From Candidatus Latescibacterota bacterium (GTDB lineage Bacteria > Latescibacterota > UBA2968), in NCBI GenBank assembly GCA_965208125.1, contig OZ242320.1:1472001-1536000 (forward strand): a stretch of 64,000 bases of DNA, given 5' to 3'. Positions 9,214-18,349 of the stretch are shown here, one piece after another. The notes beneath the pieces are model-generated. The model did not search any database and had not been told where the DNA came from. It saw nothing but the letters and a program-made list of their open reading frames with translations. A program made the position numbers and the translations under genes. Numbering within the stretch: position 1 is the stretch's first letter; each line of letters starts with the position of its first letter.

Positions 9214-10684
9214 TATGCATCTGCCCATATTATTGATTGTTGTCCCCCTTGTATCGGCCCCCTTATGTGTATTATTGCGGCAAAAAACGCTGGTTTGGGC
9301 TTTTGCGTCTCTCGTGTGCTTGGCCTCTTTGGGCATAGCATCTATGCTGCTCATCCGCGTGCTTGAAGAAGGCGTGATCTCGTATGCAATAGGCGGATGG
9401 ATTGCGCCCTGGGGCATTGAATACCGCGTTGATACGATCAACGCTTATGTGCTGTTGCTGGTTTCGATCATCGCCGCCGTGCTGACGTTTTTCGCACTGC
9501 CGAGCGTGGTAGATGAAGTCTCCGGTAAGCAGCATTATTTGTTTTATACGGCTTATCTGCTCTGCCTCACCGGACTGATGGGCATTACAATCACGGGCGA
9601 TGCATTTAACGTCTTTGTATTCCTGGAAATCTCATCGCTATCGTCCTACACCCTGATTGCCATGGGACGCGACCGGCGCGCATTGACGGCATCTTATCAA
9701 TACCTCATCATGGGCACATTGGGAGCCACATTTATTGTCATTGGCATCGGCCTGATGTACATGATGACCGGCACCCTGAATATGTTTGATCTATCCCAGC
9801 GCTTGCCCGCGATGTTTGAAACCCGCACAGCAATGGTCGCATTCGCCTTTTTGACCGTGGGCATGTTGATCAAACTGGCGATGTTCCCGATGCACATGTG
9901 GTTGCCCAATGCCTATTGTTACGCGCCCTCTTTAGTCACGGCTTTTTTGGCTGCAACAGCGACAAAAGTATCCATCTACGTATTTCTGAGATTCACGTTT
10001 ACCGTATGGGGCACTGAGTTTGTGTTTGAAAAACTCAACCTCGATGTCTTTTTAATCCCTCTATCCCTCATCGGGATTTACGTGGCATCTCTATCCGCTA
10101 TTTACCAGACCAATATAAAGCGGTTATTGGCTTATTCCAGCGTGGCACAAATCGGGTATATGATGCTGGGCATCGGCTTTGTTTCCATAACCGGATTGAC
10201 CGGCGGGATTGTTCACCTGTTTAACCACGCCTTGATGAAAGCCGCCCTATTTTTGGCCGTAGGCTGCGCGGTATTGCGCCTCGGATCATCTGACCTCGCC
10301 GACTGGAAGGGCCTTGGGCGACGCATGCCCGTGACAATGGCGGCCTTTGTACTGGCGGGTTTGAGCTTGATCGGCGTGCCGTTAACCGTGGGCTTTATCA
10401 GCAAATGGTATTTGATCCTGGCCGCGCTGGAAGCGGGATGGTGGCCCGTAGCACTGCTCGCCTTGCTCAGTTCCCTGCTCGCCGTAGTATATGTGTGGCG
10501 CGTCGTTGAAGTGGCCTACTTTCAGAAAGCCGATGATGATTCCAATATAAAGGAAGCGCCGTTAATGATGCAGATATCCATGTGGGTTTTAACAGGAGCA
10601 ACAGTGTATTTTGGCGTACAAACGGACTTAACCGTCAACGTGGCACAACGCGCCGCCGGATTATTACTGGGGGCAACGCCGTGA
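9206..10684 (+). CDS. mnhD: Mrp/Mnh subunit D (proton-conducting membrane subunit)
   Basis: TGDAFNVFVFLEI, IKLAMFPMHMWLP, KRLLAYSS, NHALMKAALF. Confidence 0.9.
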   Translation: MIDMHLPILLIVVPLVSAPLCVLLRQKTLVWAFASLVCLASLGIASMLLIRVLEEGVISYAIGGWIAPWGIEYRVDTINAYVLLLVSIIAAVLTFFALPSVVDEVSGKQHYLFYTAYLLCLTGLMGITITGDAFNVFVFLEISSLSSYTLIAMGRDRRALTASYQYLIMGTLGATFIVIGIGLMYMMTGTLNMFDLSQRLPAMFETRTAMVAFAFLTVGMLIKLAMFPMHMWLPNAYCYAPSLVTAFLAATATKVSIYVFLRFTFTVWGTEFVFEKLNLDVFLIPLSLIGIYVASLSAIYQTNIKRLLAYSSVAQIGYMMLGIGFVSITGLTGGIVHLFNHALMKAALFLAVGCAVLRLGSSDLADWKGLGRRMPVTMAAFVLAGLSLIGVPLTVGFISKWYLILAALEAGWWPVALLALLSSLLAVVYVWRVVEVAYFQKADDDSNIKEAPLMMQISMWVLTGATVYFGVQTDLTVNVAQRAAGLLLGATP

Positions 10685-12150
10685 GTGGATCAACCGCTAT
10701 ACTCGTATCTATTGCGTTACCGCTTCTGGGCATGCCCTTTATTGCACTGACCTCGCGCAGTCCCAATATGCGCGAAGCCATCGGATTGATTGCGGCTGTA
10801 TTGACCTTTGGCACTGTAATCTCACTTTTACCTTCGGTGATGGACGGCGCACAACCCGCCGCGCATGTCATAGACGTAATGCCGGGCCTATCACTGGCAT
10901 TTCAAGTAGAGCCATTGGGCATGATATTTGCCCTCATCGCGTCGGGTTTGTGGATTGTCACCACAGTCTATGCCATCGGGTACATGCGCGGGCATCACGA
11001 AGAAAATCAGACGCGATTTTTTGTGTTCTTTGCATTTGCGATCTCGGCTGCTCTGGGCGTGGCTTTTGCCCGCAACATGTTCACCCTGTTCATATTTTAC
11101 GAAGTATTGACCCTATCGACATATCCACTTGTAACGCACCACCGCAGCGAAGAAGCCCTGCGCGCCGGGCGCATTTACATGGGCATTTTGATGAGCACAT
11201 CGGTGGGTTTTCTATTGCTGGGCATGGTGTGGACCTGGCAATTAACCGGCACGCTGGAATTTGCGCCAGGCGGTATTCTAACCGGCAAAGCGAGCGAAGG
11301 TATTGTAATCGTCCTCCTCGGTCTCTATGCCTTTGGAACGGGAAAAGCGGCGTTGATGCCCTTCCACAGATGGCTGCCCGCGGCAATGGTTGCGCCCACG
11401 CCAGTCAGTGCACTATTGCATGCAGTAGCCGTGGTAAAAGCCGGTGTATTCACAATAATGAAAGTGGTGATCTACCTCTTTGGTACAGACCTGCTTTCGG
11501 ACGCGGGTCTCAGTGAATGGCTAACCTACATCGCCGGCTTCACCATTCTGGTGGGATCGCTCGTGGCGATGACAAAAGACAACTTGAAAGCGCGACTGGC
11601 GTATTCCACAATCAGCCAATTATCCTATATCGTACTGGGGGCGTCGCTGGCAAATGATCTGGGAGTGCTGGGCGGCAGCATGCACATCGTAACGCACGCC
11701 TTTGGCAAAATCACCCTCTTCTTCTGTGCCGGAGCCATCCTGGTGGCCTTGCACAAAACAGAAATCAGCGACATGAAAGGCATTGGACGACAGATGCCCT
11801 TTACGATGTTCGCCTTTTTGATCGGCTCTCTGAGCATTATCGGAATTCCGCCTTTTGCGGGCGCGTGGAGCAAATGGTATCTGGTTCTGGCTTCTATAGA
11901 AGCCCATCGCTATGTGGCCGCGGGCGTATTGCTCATCAGTTCTCTACTCAATGTCCTCTATTTATTGCCCATTCCCATCTATGCATTTTTTGCGTCCGCA
12001 ACCAATGACCATCACACAGACGGACTGCATGAAGCGCCGCTTGCGTGCGTACTCCCCTTATCACTTACAGCCATCGGCTGCCTGGTACTCTATATCTATC
12101 CCGAACCTGTTCTGGACCTGTTGCTCATGATCGGAGGGGCCATGCCATGA
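10681..12150 (+). CDS. Second MrpD/NuoM-like proton-conducting subunit
   Basis: KAALMPFHRWLPAAMVAPTPVSALLHAVAVVKAG and KARLAYSTISQL. GTGA overlap with the previous stop. Confidence 0.9.
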   Translation: MSGSTAILVSIALPLLGMPFIALTSRSPNMREAIGLIAAVLTFGTVISLLPSVMDGAQPAAHVIDVMPGLSLAFQVEPLGMIFALIASGLWIVTTVYAIGYMRGHHEENQTRFFVFFAFAISAALGVAFARNMFTLFIFYEVLTLSTYPLVTHHRSEEALRAGRIYMGILMSTSVGFLLLGMVWTWQLTGTLEFAPGGILTGKASEGIVIVLLGLYAFGTGKAALMPFHRWLPAAMVAPTPVSALLHAVAVVKAGVFTIMKVVIYLFGTDLLSDAGLSEWLTYIAGFTILVGSLVAMTKDNLKARLAYSTISQLSYIVLGASLANDLGVLGGSMHIVTHAFGKITLFFCAGAILVALHKTEISDMKGIGRQMPFTMFAFLIGSLSIIGIPPFAGAWSKWYLVLASIEAHRYVAAGVLLISSLLNVLYLLPIPIYAFFASATNDHHTDGLHEAPLACVLPLSLTAIGCLVLYIYPEPVLDLLLMIGGAMP

Positions 12151-12425
12151 ACCATCCCGAATCCCCAAAACAGAATGAACGCTTGTTGGACCACCTCGGC
12201 GCCGTGCGCTGGTTGATCCTGGGCTTCTTCGTGTGGTGTGCGCTGTTGATCCTGACCGACCTCATCGTACATCGGCACCTGACATTTGCCGAAGGCCTGT
12301 TGCCGGTTGAAGGCCGATTTGGATTTTACGCCATTTACGGATTTGTCGCCTATTTATTAATCGTCTGGGGCTCCATACTCTTGAGAAAAGCACTCATGCG
12401 GTCGGAGGACTATTACGATGAGTGA
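12147..12425 (+). CDS. Small 2-TM membrane protein inside the mrp operon
   Basis: Translationally coupled on both sides. GFYAIYGF...LMRSEDYY motif. Confidence 0.8.
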   Translation: MNHPESPKQNERLLDHLGAVRWLILGFFVWCALLILTDLIVHRHLTFAEGLLPVEGRFGFYAIYGFVAYLLIVWGSILLRKALMRSEDYYDE

Positions 12426-14169
12426 GGTTCATCCCGCACTGATCCTGCTGGCGGGCGGCCTGCTTTTGTTTTGCCTTCCAACCACACCGCGCCGCATCGT
12501 GTCGGTATGCTTGCCCGTACTCGGATTTTTAAACCTGCTGACCATTGCCGATGGCACCTTGTGGCACATCACCTGGGGCGGCTACGAACTGACCGTACTG
12601 CGCGCGGACCGCTTGAGCATGCTATTTGGATACCTGTTCCATCTGGCGGCTTTTATCGGCGCGATTTACGCGCTACATCTCAAAGACCGGTTGCAAATCG
12701 GCACGGGATTGATCTACGCGGGATCGGCGGTTGGGGCGGTATTTGCCGGTGATCTGATCACCCTGTTTATCTTCTGGGAATTGCTGGCGATAACATCGGT
12801 ATTCCTCGTGTGGGCGCGCGGCGGTGAGCGCGCACTGCGGTCGGGAATGCGCTATCTGGTCATGCACATCTCCTCGGGCTTGCTACTCTTGCTCGGCGCG
12901 GTATTCTACTATTTGAACACAAAATCACTCACATTCGATCATATCGGATTAGACGAGAGTTATCACTACCTGATATTTTTTGCCTTTGGGATCAAATGCG
13001 CCTTTCCCCTGCTCCACAACTGGCTGATTGACGCCTATCCGGAATCCACACCCGTGGGCACGGTATTTTTGAGTGCATTCACCACCAAAGCCGCTGTATA
13101 TGCCCTCGCGCGCGGATTTGCCGGTGAAGATCTGCTCATCTACATTGGCGCCATCATGACCATCTTTCCGATATTCTACGCAGCCATCGAAAACGATATG
13201 CGCCGCGTATTGAGCTACAGCATGATCAACCAGATCGGATTTATGGTCGCGGGCATTGGCATCGGAGGCGCACTGGGTATTAACGGCGCAGTATCGCATG
13301 CATTCAATGACGTACTCTTCAAAGGGCTGCTATTCATGTCCATGGGCGCTGTTTTATTTTCCAGCGGGCGTATCAATGCCTCAGACCTGGGCGGCCTTTA
13401 CAAGTCCATGCCCTGGACCTGTGCCTGCTGTATTATAGGCGCCGCATCCATATCCGCAATACCCCTGTTTAACGCGTTTATCAGCAAATCCATGGTCATG
13501 CAAGGCGTCGCCGACAGCGGTGCTGTGACAATCTGGCTGGTGCTATTATTTGCATCGGCGGGCGTGCTTCACCACGCAGGCGTCAAAATTCCATTTTTTT
13601 CATTCTTCGCGCACGACTCTGGAATTCGCTGTTCCGAAGCACCCCTCAACATGCGGATCGCCATGACCATCTCAGCCATACTCTGTGTGGTCATAGGCTC
13701 CTATCCACCGCTGCTCTACAACTTATTGCCGCATCCCGTAGATTACGTACCCTATACCACGACCCATGTGGTGCTCCAACTTCAACTGGTTTTCTTCGCG
13801 GTACTGGCATTTGCGGTACTGATGTTGACGAGTGAAATCGACGTATATCTGGAAACGCAGAGGAAGCGAGGTATTGTCGGAATACTGATATTAATAGGCA
13901 AGCACCCTCCCGAATTGCCCGGTGTAAATCTCGACTTCGACTGGATTTATCGACGCGCTTTACCAAAAGGTATTCGCGCCATTGTCCGCACAGGTGGGCT
14001 GGTCGTGGATCGTTTTTTTGCAGGAGCAAAGGCGTTGATTCGAAAACTCATCGCGACTATTCAGGCGCAACACGATAATAGAGGATTATTTGGTCGCTCG
14101 TGGTTATCGCAAAGCAATGTGCTCATCGCAATTATTTTTCTGGCAATTTATCTGATTTATTATTTTTAA
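12418..14169 (+). CDS. Third MrpD/MrpA-like proton-conducting subunit
   Basis: FIFWELLA, AFPLLHNWLIDAYPE, RRVLSYSMINQIG, FKGLLF. Confidence 0.9.
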   Translation: MSEVHPALILLAGGLLLFCLPTTPRRIVSVCLPVLGFLNLLTIADGTLWHITWGGYELTVLRADRLSMLFGYLFHLAAFIGAIYALHLKDRLQIGTGLIYAGSAVGAVFAGDLITLFIFWELLAITSVFLVWARGGERALRSGMRYLVMHISSGLLLLLGAVFYYLNTKSLTFDHIGLDESYHYLIFFAFGIKCAFPLLHNWLIDAYPESTPVGTVFLSAFTTKAAVYALARGFAGEDLLIYIGAIMTIFPIFYAAIENDMRRVLSYSMINQIGFMVAGIGIGGALGINGAVSHAFNDVLFKGLLFMSMGAVLFSSGRINASDLGGLYKSMPWTCACCIIGAASISAIPLFNAFISKSMVMQGVADSGAVTIWLVLLFASAGVLHHAGVKIPFFSFFAHDSGIRCSEAPLNMRIAMTISAILCVVIGSYPPLLYNLLPHPVDYVPYTTTHVVLQLQLVFFAVLAFAVLMLTSEIDVYLETQRKRGIVGILILIGKHPPELPGVNLDFDWIYRRALPKGIRAIVRTGGLVVDRFFAGAKALIRKLIATIQAQHDNRGLFGRSWLSQSNVLIAIIFLAIYLIYYF

Positions 14170-14393
14170 AAGCCGTTTACACATTGGAAACATTGGACGT
14201 ATTTTTGTTTTTTATTTCATTTTTTTTTATGTTTAAGAAATCCTAATGAAACATCACTCTCATATATTTATAGAAAGGAGAAAATGAAAAACTAAAAGCG
14301 CACGCTTCAAAATTCAAAATATGGTCTGTGTGTACGCCACAAAATTTTGCTTACAGGTCATATCACTAAGTATAAACTCATCAGGAGGGACTT

Positions 14394-15137
14394 ATGAAGA
14401 AATTATGTGGCATTTTGCTTGCGGGAATTTTTCTAACCGCTCCCGCAAATGCTCAGATGTCGGTCGGTGTTACTCTGGATAGCTATACGGGATATATTTG
14501 GCGTGGTTATGTGCTCGGAGCCGATGACAAAATTGTGGCCCAGCCGGGCATTGAGGTGGGATTCGGTGAAACGGGTTTGTCTATAGGCGCGTGGGGATCG
14601 TGGTTTGTGCAGGACCGCATTGACGACAGAAATCCCGATACACAAACCCAAAATGTCGATGAACTCGACTTTTATGCCGACTATTCGAGATCCTTGAGCG
14701 AAGACATGGGCCTGGGCGTTTCTATCGGTTATATTCAATATGTATTTCCCAGTGCTGATGAAGACTCAAATCTCTCACAAGAAGCTTATATTGGACTATC
14801 TCTGGATAACGCCATATCACCGGCAGTGACATTTTATTACGATTTTGGTCTGGTCGAGGCATGGTACGTGTCTTTGTCGGGTGGCTATGACATTGCGCTC
14901 GGCTCGGAAGAAGGGCAAGTACTGAGTATCGGTGCAAGTGTTGCCATGAGCAATTACGCAGATGAAACGGGTGAAAATAAAACGGGTTTTAACGATGTCA
15001 CAGTTACGGCTTCGCTCAGTTGTAATGCGTGCGCAATTTCGATTGCGCCAACCATTGGATTTTCTTATGCCGACACAAAAATCAACCCCGACAACCGCAC
15101 GATTTGGGGGGGCGTAAGCATCGGCTTTGGGCAGTAA
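14394..15137 (+). CDS. Outer-membrane beta-barrel, TorF/Gcw_chp (TIGR02001)-like putative porin
   Basis: Signal peptide (ANA/Q), YIWRG motif, ELDFYADY, alternating beta strands, C-terminal GVSIGF. Confidence 0.7.
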   Translation: MKKLCGILLAGIFLTAPANAQMSVGVTLDSYTGYIWRGYVLGADDKIVAQPGIEVGFGETGLSIGAWGSWFVQDRIDDRNPDTQTQNVDELDFYADYSRSLSEDMGLGVSIGYIQYVFPSADEDSNLSQEAYIGLSLDNAISPAVTFYYDFGLVEAWYVSLSGGYDIALGSEEGQVLSIGASVAMSNYADETGENKTGFNDVTVTASLSCNACAISIAPTIGFSYADTKINPDNRTIWGGVSIGFGQ

Positions 15138-15215
15138 GTTATTCAATTCTCGACCCGGGTCGGCATTTCTGGTTTGCTTCGTGGCGTGGTTAATCAGATG
15201 CGACCAGGCGAGGTG

Positions 15216-15249
15216 GGGGAGATCTTTTGAGATCTCCCCTTTATTTTTT
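15216..15249 (+). terminator. Intrinsic terminator after the porin gene
   Basis: GGGGAGATCT-tttg-AGATCTCCCC followed by a T-rich run. Confidence 0.75.
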
Positions 15250-15876
15250 ATTGAGAATAGTATATAGATGTCCCAAAATCAAATCCGCGGCAATGGTAAA
15301 ATCGCGATCTCCGCAAACGATGAGATCGGCGTATTTGCGGGACGGTTCGACATAAGAATCGTGCATGGGGCGCACAGTTTCGAGATATTGAAGGGTAACG
15401 GATTCGGGCGTGCGCCCGCGTTCCTCAACATCGCGGTTGACGCGACGAATCAAGCGGATATCTGGCGGTGTATCCACAAAAATTTTCAAATTCAGGGCAT
15501 CGCGCAGTATTTGTTCGACCAATACGAGAATGCCTTCCACAATAATAATGGGACGAGGGCATAACTCAAGTGTTCTATCAGAACGGGAATGGGTAGTAAA
15601 ATCATAAGTTGGTACCAATACGGTCTCCCCGCGGGATAGTGCCTGAAGATGTTGCACCAGCAAATCTGTTTCGAGTGCATCGGGATGATCAAAATTAATT
15701 TGCGCGCGCTGGTCTGACGGGACATGGGCAAAATCGCGATAATACGCATCGTGGGAAATCCGTATAGCACGATCTTCACCGAGGTGCTCAAAAAGTATGT
15801 GGACGAGTGTGGTCTTACCCGTGCCAGTGCCCCCGGCAACACCAACTATGTAGGGCTTGCAAATCGCATTGGGCAT
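15241..15876 (-). CDS. udk: Uridine kinase
   Basis: GVAGGTGTGKTT P-loop, DAYY, NFDHPDA, IIVEGIL, RDVEERGR. Start set at MPNAICK because the longer ORF runs through REP repeats. Confidence 0.92.
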   Translation of the reverse strand: MPNAICKPYIVGVAGGTGTGKTTLVHILFEHLGEDRAIRISHDAYYRDFAHVPSDQRAQINFDHPDALETDLLVQHLQALSRGETVLVPTYDFTTHSRSDRTLELCPRPIIIVEGILVLVEQILRDALNLKIFVDTPPDIRLIRRVNRDVEERGRTPESVTLQYLETVRPMHDSYVEPSRKYADLIVCGDRDFTIAADLILGHLYTILNKK

Positions 15877-15897
15877 GTGTATTATCAAAAATGCCAT

Positions 15898-15986
15898 GTA
15901 GGGGACGGCCCCTGTGCCGTTCCGAACGACAGAAACTACATCCAATGATCGTGTCCGTGTAGGGGACGGCCCCTGTGCCGTCCCCC
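15898..15986 (+). repeat. Two direct copies of a GTAG-type REP palindrome
   Basis: GTAGGGGACGGCCCCTGTGCCGT(T/C)CC at 15898 and 15959. Confidence 0.85.
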
Positions 15987-16006
15987 TATCATAAGGATAC
16001 AAACAA

Positions 16007-17293
16007 ATGAACATTGTCGAAACAGATTTAGAAATTCAGCGCGAACCATTTGCGCGGCCATTTGCATTTAAGGGAGCGGCTTTTCACGAAAAGTGGAATC
16101 TCATCGTGCGTTTAAAAGACGCCGACGGACATGAAGCTTTTGGTATAGGTGGTTTGGCCGTACTGTGGTCAGACGCTACCGTATTTGCTGCACACACAGA
16201 AATGGGCGGCAATTTGCTTCAAGCATCTCTTCTGGAATTTGCACTACAGCAGATCAAAGGAAGAGAATTTGCCGACCCGATGGCATTATTTGACGCTATT
16301 GAAAACGATGTCTTTTCTTATGCCAAAGCGATCACAGGCCATGGGGATTTGCGCCGAACATTTGCACTGATTGCGCTGGTAGCACTGGACAACGCCGCAT
16401 GGATCCTGTATGCAAAGCGGAAGGGATTGGCGAACTTCGACGCCCTAATCCCGGAAAAATTCCGCTCATTTTTATCCCATCGCCAATCGCATGTCGCGCT
16501 CGTACCAGCAGTGAGTTATACCCTGCCCACAGATGAATTGCGGGAGATTTTGGATGATGGAGCGTACATACTAAAAATCAAAATTGGGCATCCGGGAGAT
16601 GAAACTGAAATGGTAAAAAAAGACATGGCCTGTCTGTCGAAGATTCACAGTCTGGCATCTCAGTACGAAACGGAGATGACCGATTCGGGCCATGTGCTCT
16701 ATTATCTCGATGCCAATGGTCGTTATGGCGAAAAAGACAGCATGGCTCGCTTATTGGATCACGCGGACAATGAAGGTATGATAGATCGCATTGTCCTGAT
16801 TGAAGAACCCTTTTCGCGTCCAGCAGATATCGACGTACACGGCTTACCTGCGCGTTTTGCAGGAGATGAAAGCATCGAAACCGTTGCAGATGTACACACC
16901 CGATTGGAGCAGGGATACGGTGCTATGGCGATCAAACCCGCGGGTAAAACCCTGTCTCTGGCTTTTCGCATGATCGAAGCAGTAAAAAATAATGTGCCGT
17001 GTTTTGTAGCGGATAATGCGTGTGTACCCGTGCTGGTGGAATGGAACAAAAACGTGGCTGCGCGATTGCCCGCATTTCCGGGAGTGAAAGGGGGATTAAT
17101 GGAATCCAACGGCCCGGAAAATTACGGCACCTGGAATCGCATGCTCTCGGAATATCCCATGCCCAATGCATCGTGGTTGCGACCTCGTGGTGGTGCTTAT
17201 GTATTAGGAGAGACCTACTACGATCAAAGCGGAGGGATATTTGAAGAACCAACCGTGTACACGCGATTATTTCAGAAGATAAAAAATAGATAA
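16007..17293 (+). CDS. Enolase-superfamily (mandelate racemase / dipeptide epimerase-like) enzyme
   Basis: ALDNAAW capping domain, KIKIG, YLDANG, IEEP, GDES metal-ligand pattern. Substrate unknown. Confidence 0.75.
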   Translation: MNIVETDLEIQREPFARPFAFKGAAFHEKWNLIVRLKDADGHEAFGIGGLAVLWSDATVFAAHTEMGGNLLQASLLEFALQQIKGREFADPMALFDAIENDVFSYAKAITGHGDLRRTFALIALVALDNAAWILYAKRKGLANFDALIPEKFRSFLSHRQSHVALVPAVSYTLPTDELREILDDGAYILKIKIGHPGDETEMVKKDMACLSKIHSLASQYETEMTDSGHVLYYLDANGRYGEKDSMARLLDHADNEGMIDRIVLIEEPFSRPADIDVHGLPARFAGDESIETVADVHTRLEQGYGAMAIKPAGKTLSLAFRMIEAVKNNVPCFVADNACVPVLVEWNKNVAARLPAFPGVKGGLMESNGPENYGTWNRMLSEYPMPNASWLRPRGGAYVLGETYYDQSGGIFEEPTVYTRLFQKIKNR

Positions 17294-17373
17294 AAGACTG
17301 GACCACATTGGGCTGTGGTACACGATGATTCGATACACAATATCTGGCACATAAAAAATAAAAAAAAGTAGTC

Positions 17374-17402
17374 TTGACTTAATAAAAACAATGGCTTATC
17401 TT
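17374..17402 (+). promoter_or_regulatory. Sigma70-like promoter with no downstream long ORF
   Basis: TTGACT-17 nt-TATCTT, preceded by an A-tract (UP-like). Confidence 0.6.
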
Positions 17403-17407
17403 AAGTC

Positions 17408-17680
17408 CGTTCTTGTGGTAAAGACTCGTCAATCCCCCAAGTCGTGCAAGATGGCACCGATTCCCCATCGGATTTCTCGGTCATCTAAGTGCTGAATTGC
17501 TTATCTGAACTCCCCATTCCAATTCCCACTATAGTACTCTGAATTAAGCGAACTCGCCATTGCTGACTTACCTCTTGTTTGGTTTTGACGTTAAAAACCC
17601 GGGGGCGAGTTGACTCAACGTAGCCGGATTCCCGCGGAATCATCTCTCCCAGGCTGTGTGAGTCGTTTGCCCCCGGGCTG
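17408..17680 (+). ncRNA. Candidate structured small RNA (unassigned family)
   Basis: Promoter upstream, several UCCC-loop hairpins, and a 26-bp terminal helix (17598-17677) with five G-U pairs that form only on the + strand. Ends are approximate. Confidence 0.45.
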
Positions 17681-17759
17681 TTCAGCGAATCAACGAATCA
17701 ACGAACCCTGCCCATCCTCCCAAAATCAGTAGTACTACCATTCGTCTATTCGCGCTTTT

Positions 17760-18239
17760 TCATTTGTGGTAATTTTCACCTCTGATAATCGTGAAAGCGC
17801 GATAGAGTTGCTCCAGCAAAATAACGCGCGCCAATTCGTGTGGAAAAGTCATAGGTGAAAGTGACAGGTGCCAATCTGCACGCGACAAAACTCGAGATGC
17901 AAGCCCAAAAGGGCCGCCAATAAGAAAAACGAGGCGGCTTTTTCTTTGTACGCGCAGATGGTTCAGGCGTTTGGCCAGGGCTTCAGAACGACACAATTTG
18001 CCAGAAGGCCCAAGAGCAACCACAGTGGCATCTGGATGCAGCGCGCTTAAAAGGCGATGGCCTTCTTTCTCGATAATATCAGACACACGAACATTTTTGC
18101 CCGCGCGCTCTTCGCGCACTTCAATCTCATCATAAGCGACATAGTGTTGCAGCCGCTTGATATAATTTTGTGCGGCGTCTCGATAACAGGCGTCTTTGAA
18201 CTTACCCACAGTGAGCAAAGTGATCTGCATATTTGCCAT
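17760..18239 (-). CDS. rlmH: 23S rRNA pseudouridine-1915 N3-methyltransferase
   Basis: LLTVGK...FLIGGPFGL...SLSPMTFPHELARVILLEQLYRAFTI...YHK. Confidence 0.95.
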   Translation of the reverse strand: MANMQITLLTVGKFKDACYRDAAQNYIKRLQHYVAYDEIEVREERAGKNVRVSDIIEKEGHRLLSALHPDATVVALGPSGKLCRSEALAKRLNHLRVQRKSRLVFLIGGPFGLASRVLSRADWHLSLSPMTFPHELARVILLEQLYRAFTIIRGENYHK

Positions 18240-18349
18240 TATACACAGATTGGATATGTTTTACAAGAAACTTGTTCACCGCCCCAAAAAACGGTATAAT
18301 ATCAAGATGCAAAAATTTTCTCTCACCCCTTCTACGCGGAAGTGAACGC

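Noticed and set aside
6809-14169. Interpretation as complex I or a membrane-bound hydrogenase
   Set aside because: No Fe-S, NuoH, NuoB/D or hydrogenase subunits; the MnhB/C/E/F/G set indicates Mrp.
15898-15986. Direct repeats of about 26 nt with a 35-nt spacer resembling a mini CRISPR array
   Set aside because: Only two units, no cas genes, and the same sequence is dispersed in both orientations, as expected for REPs.
15877-16014. N-terminal extension of udk in the ORF track
   Set aside because: It translates two REP palindromes and overlaps the divergent gene start.
17598-17677. Hairpin considered as tmRNA, SRP RNA, tRNA-Sec or 6S RNA
   Set aside because: No T-arm/CCA end, no SRP CAGG-GNRA-AGCAG motif, and no large central bubble. 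Kept only as an unassigned candidate.
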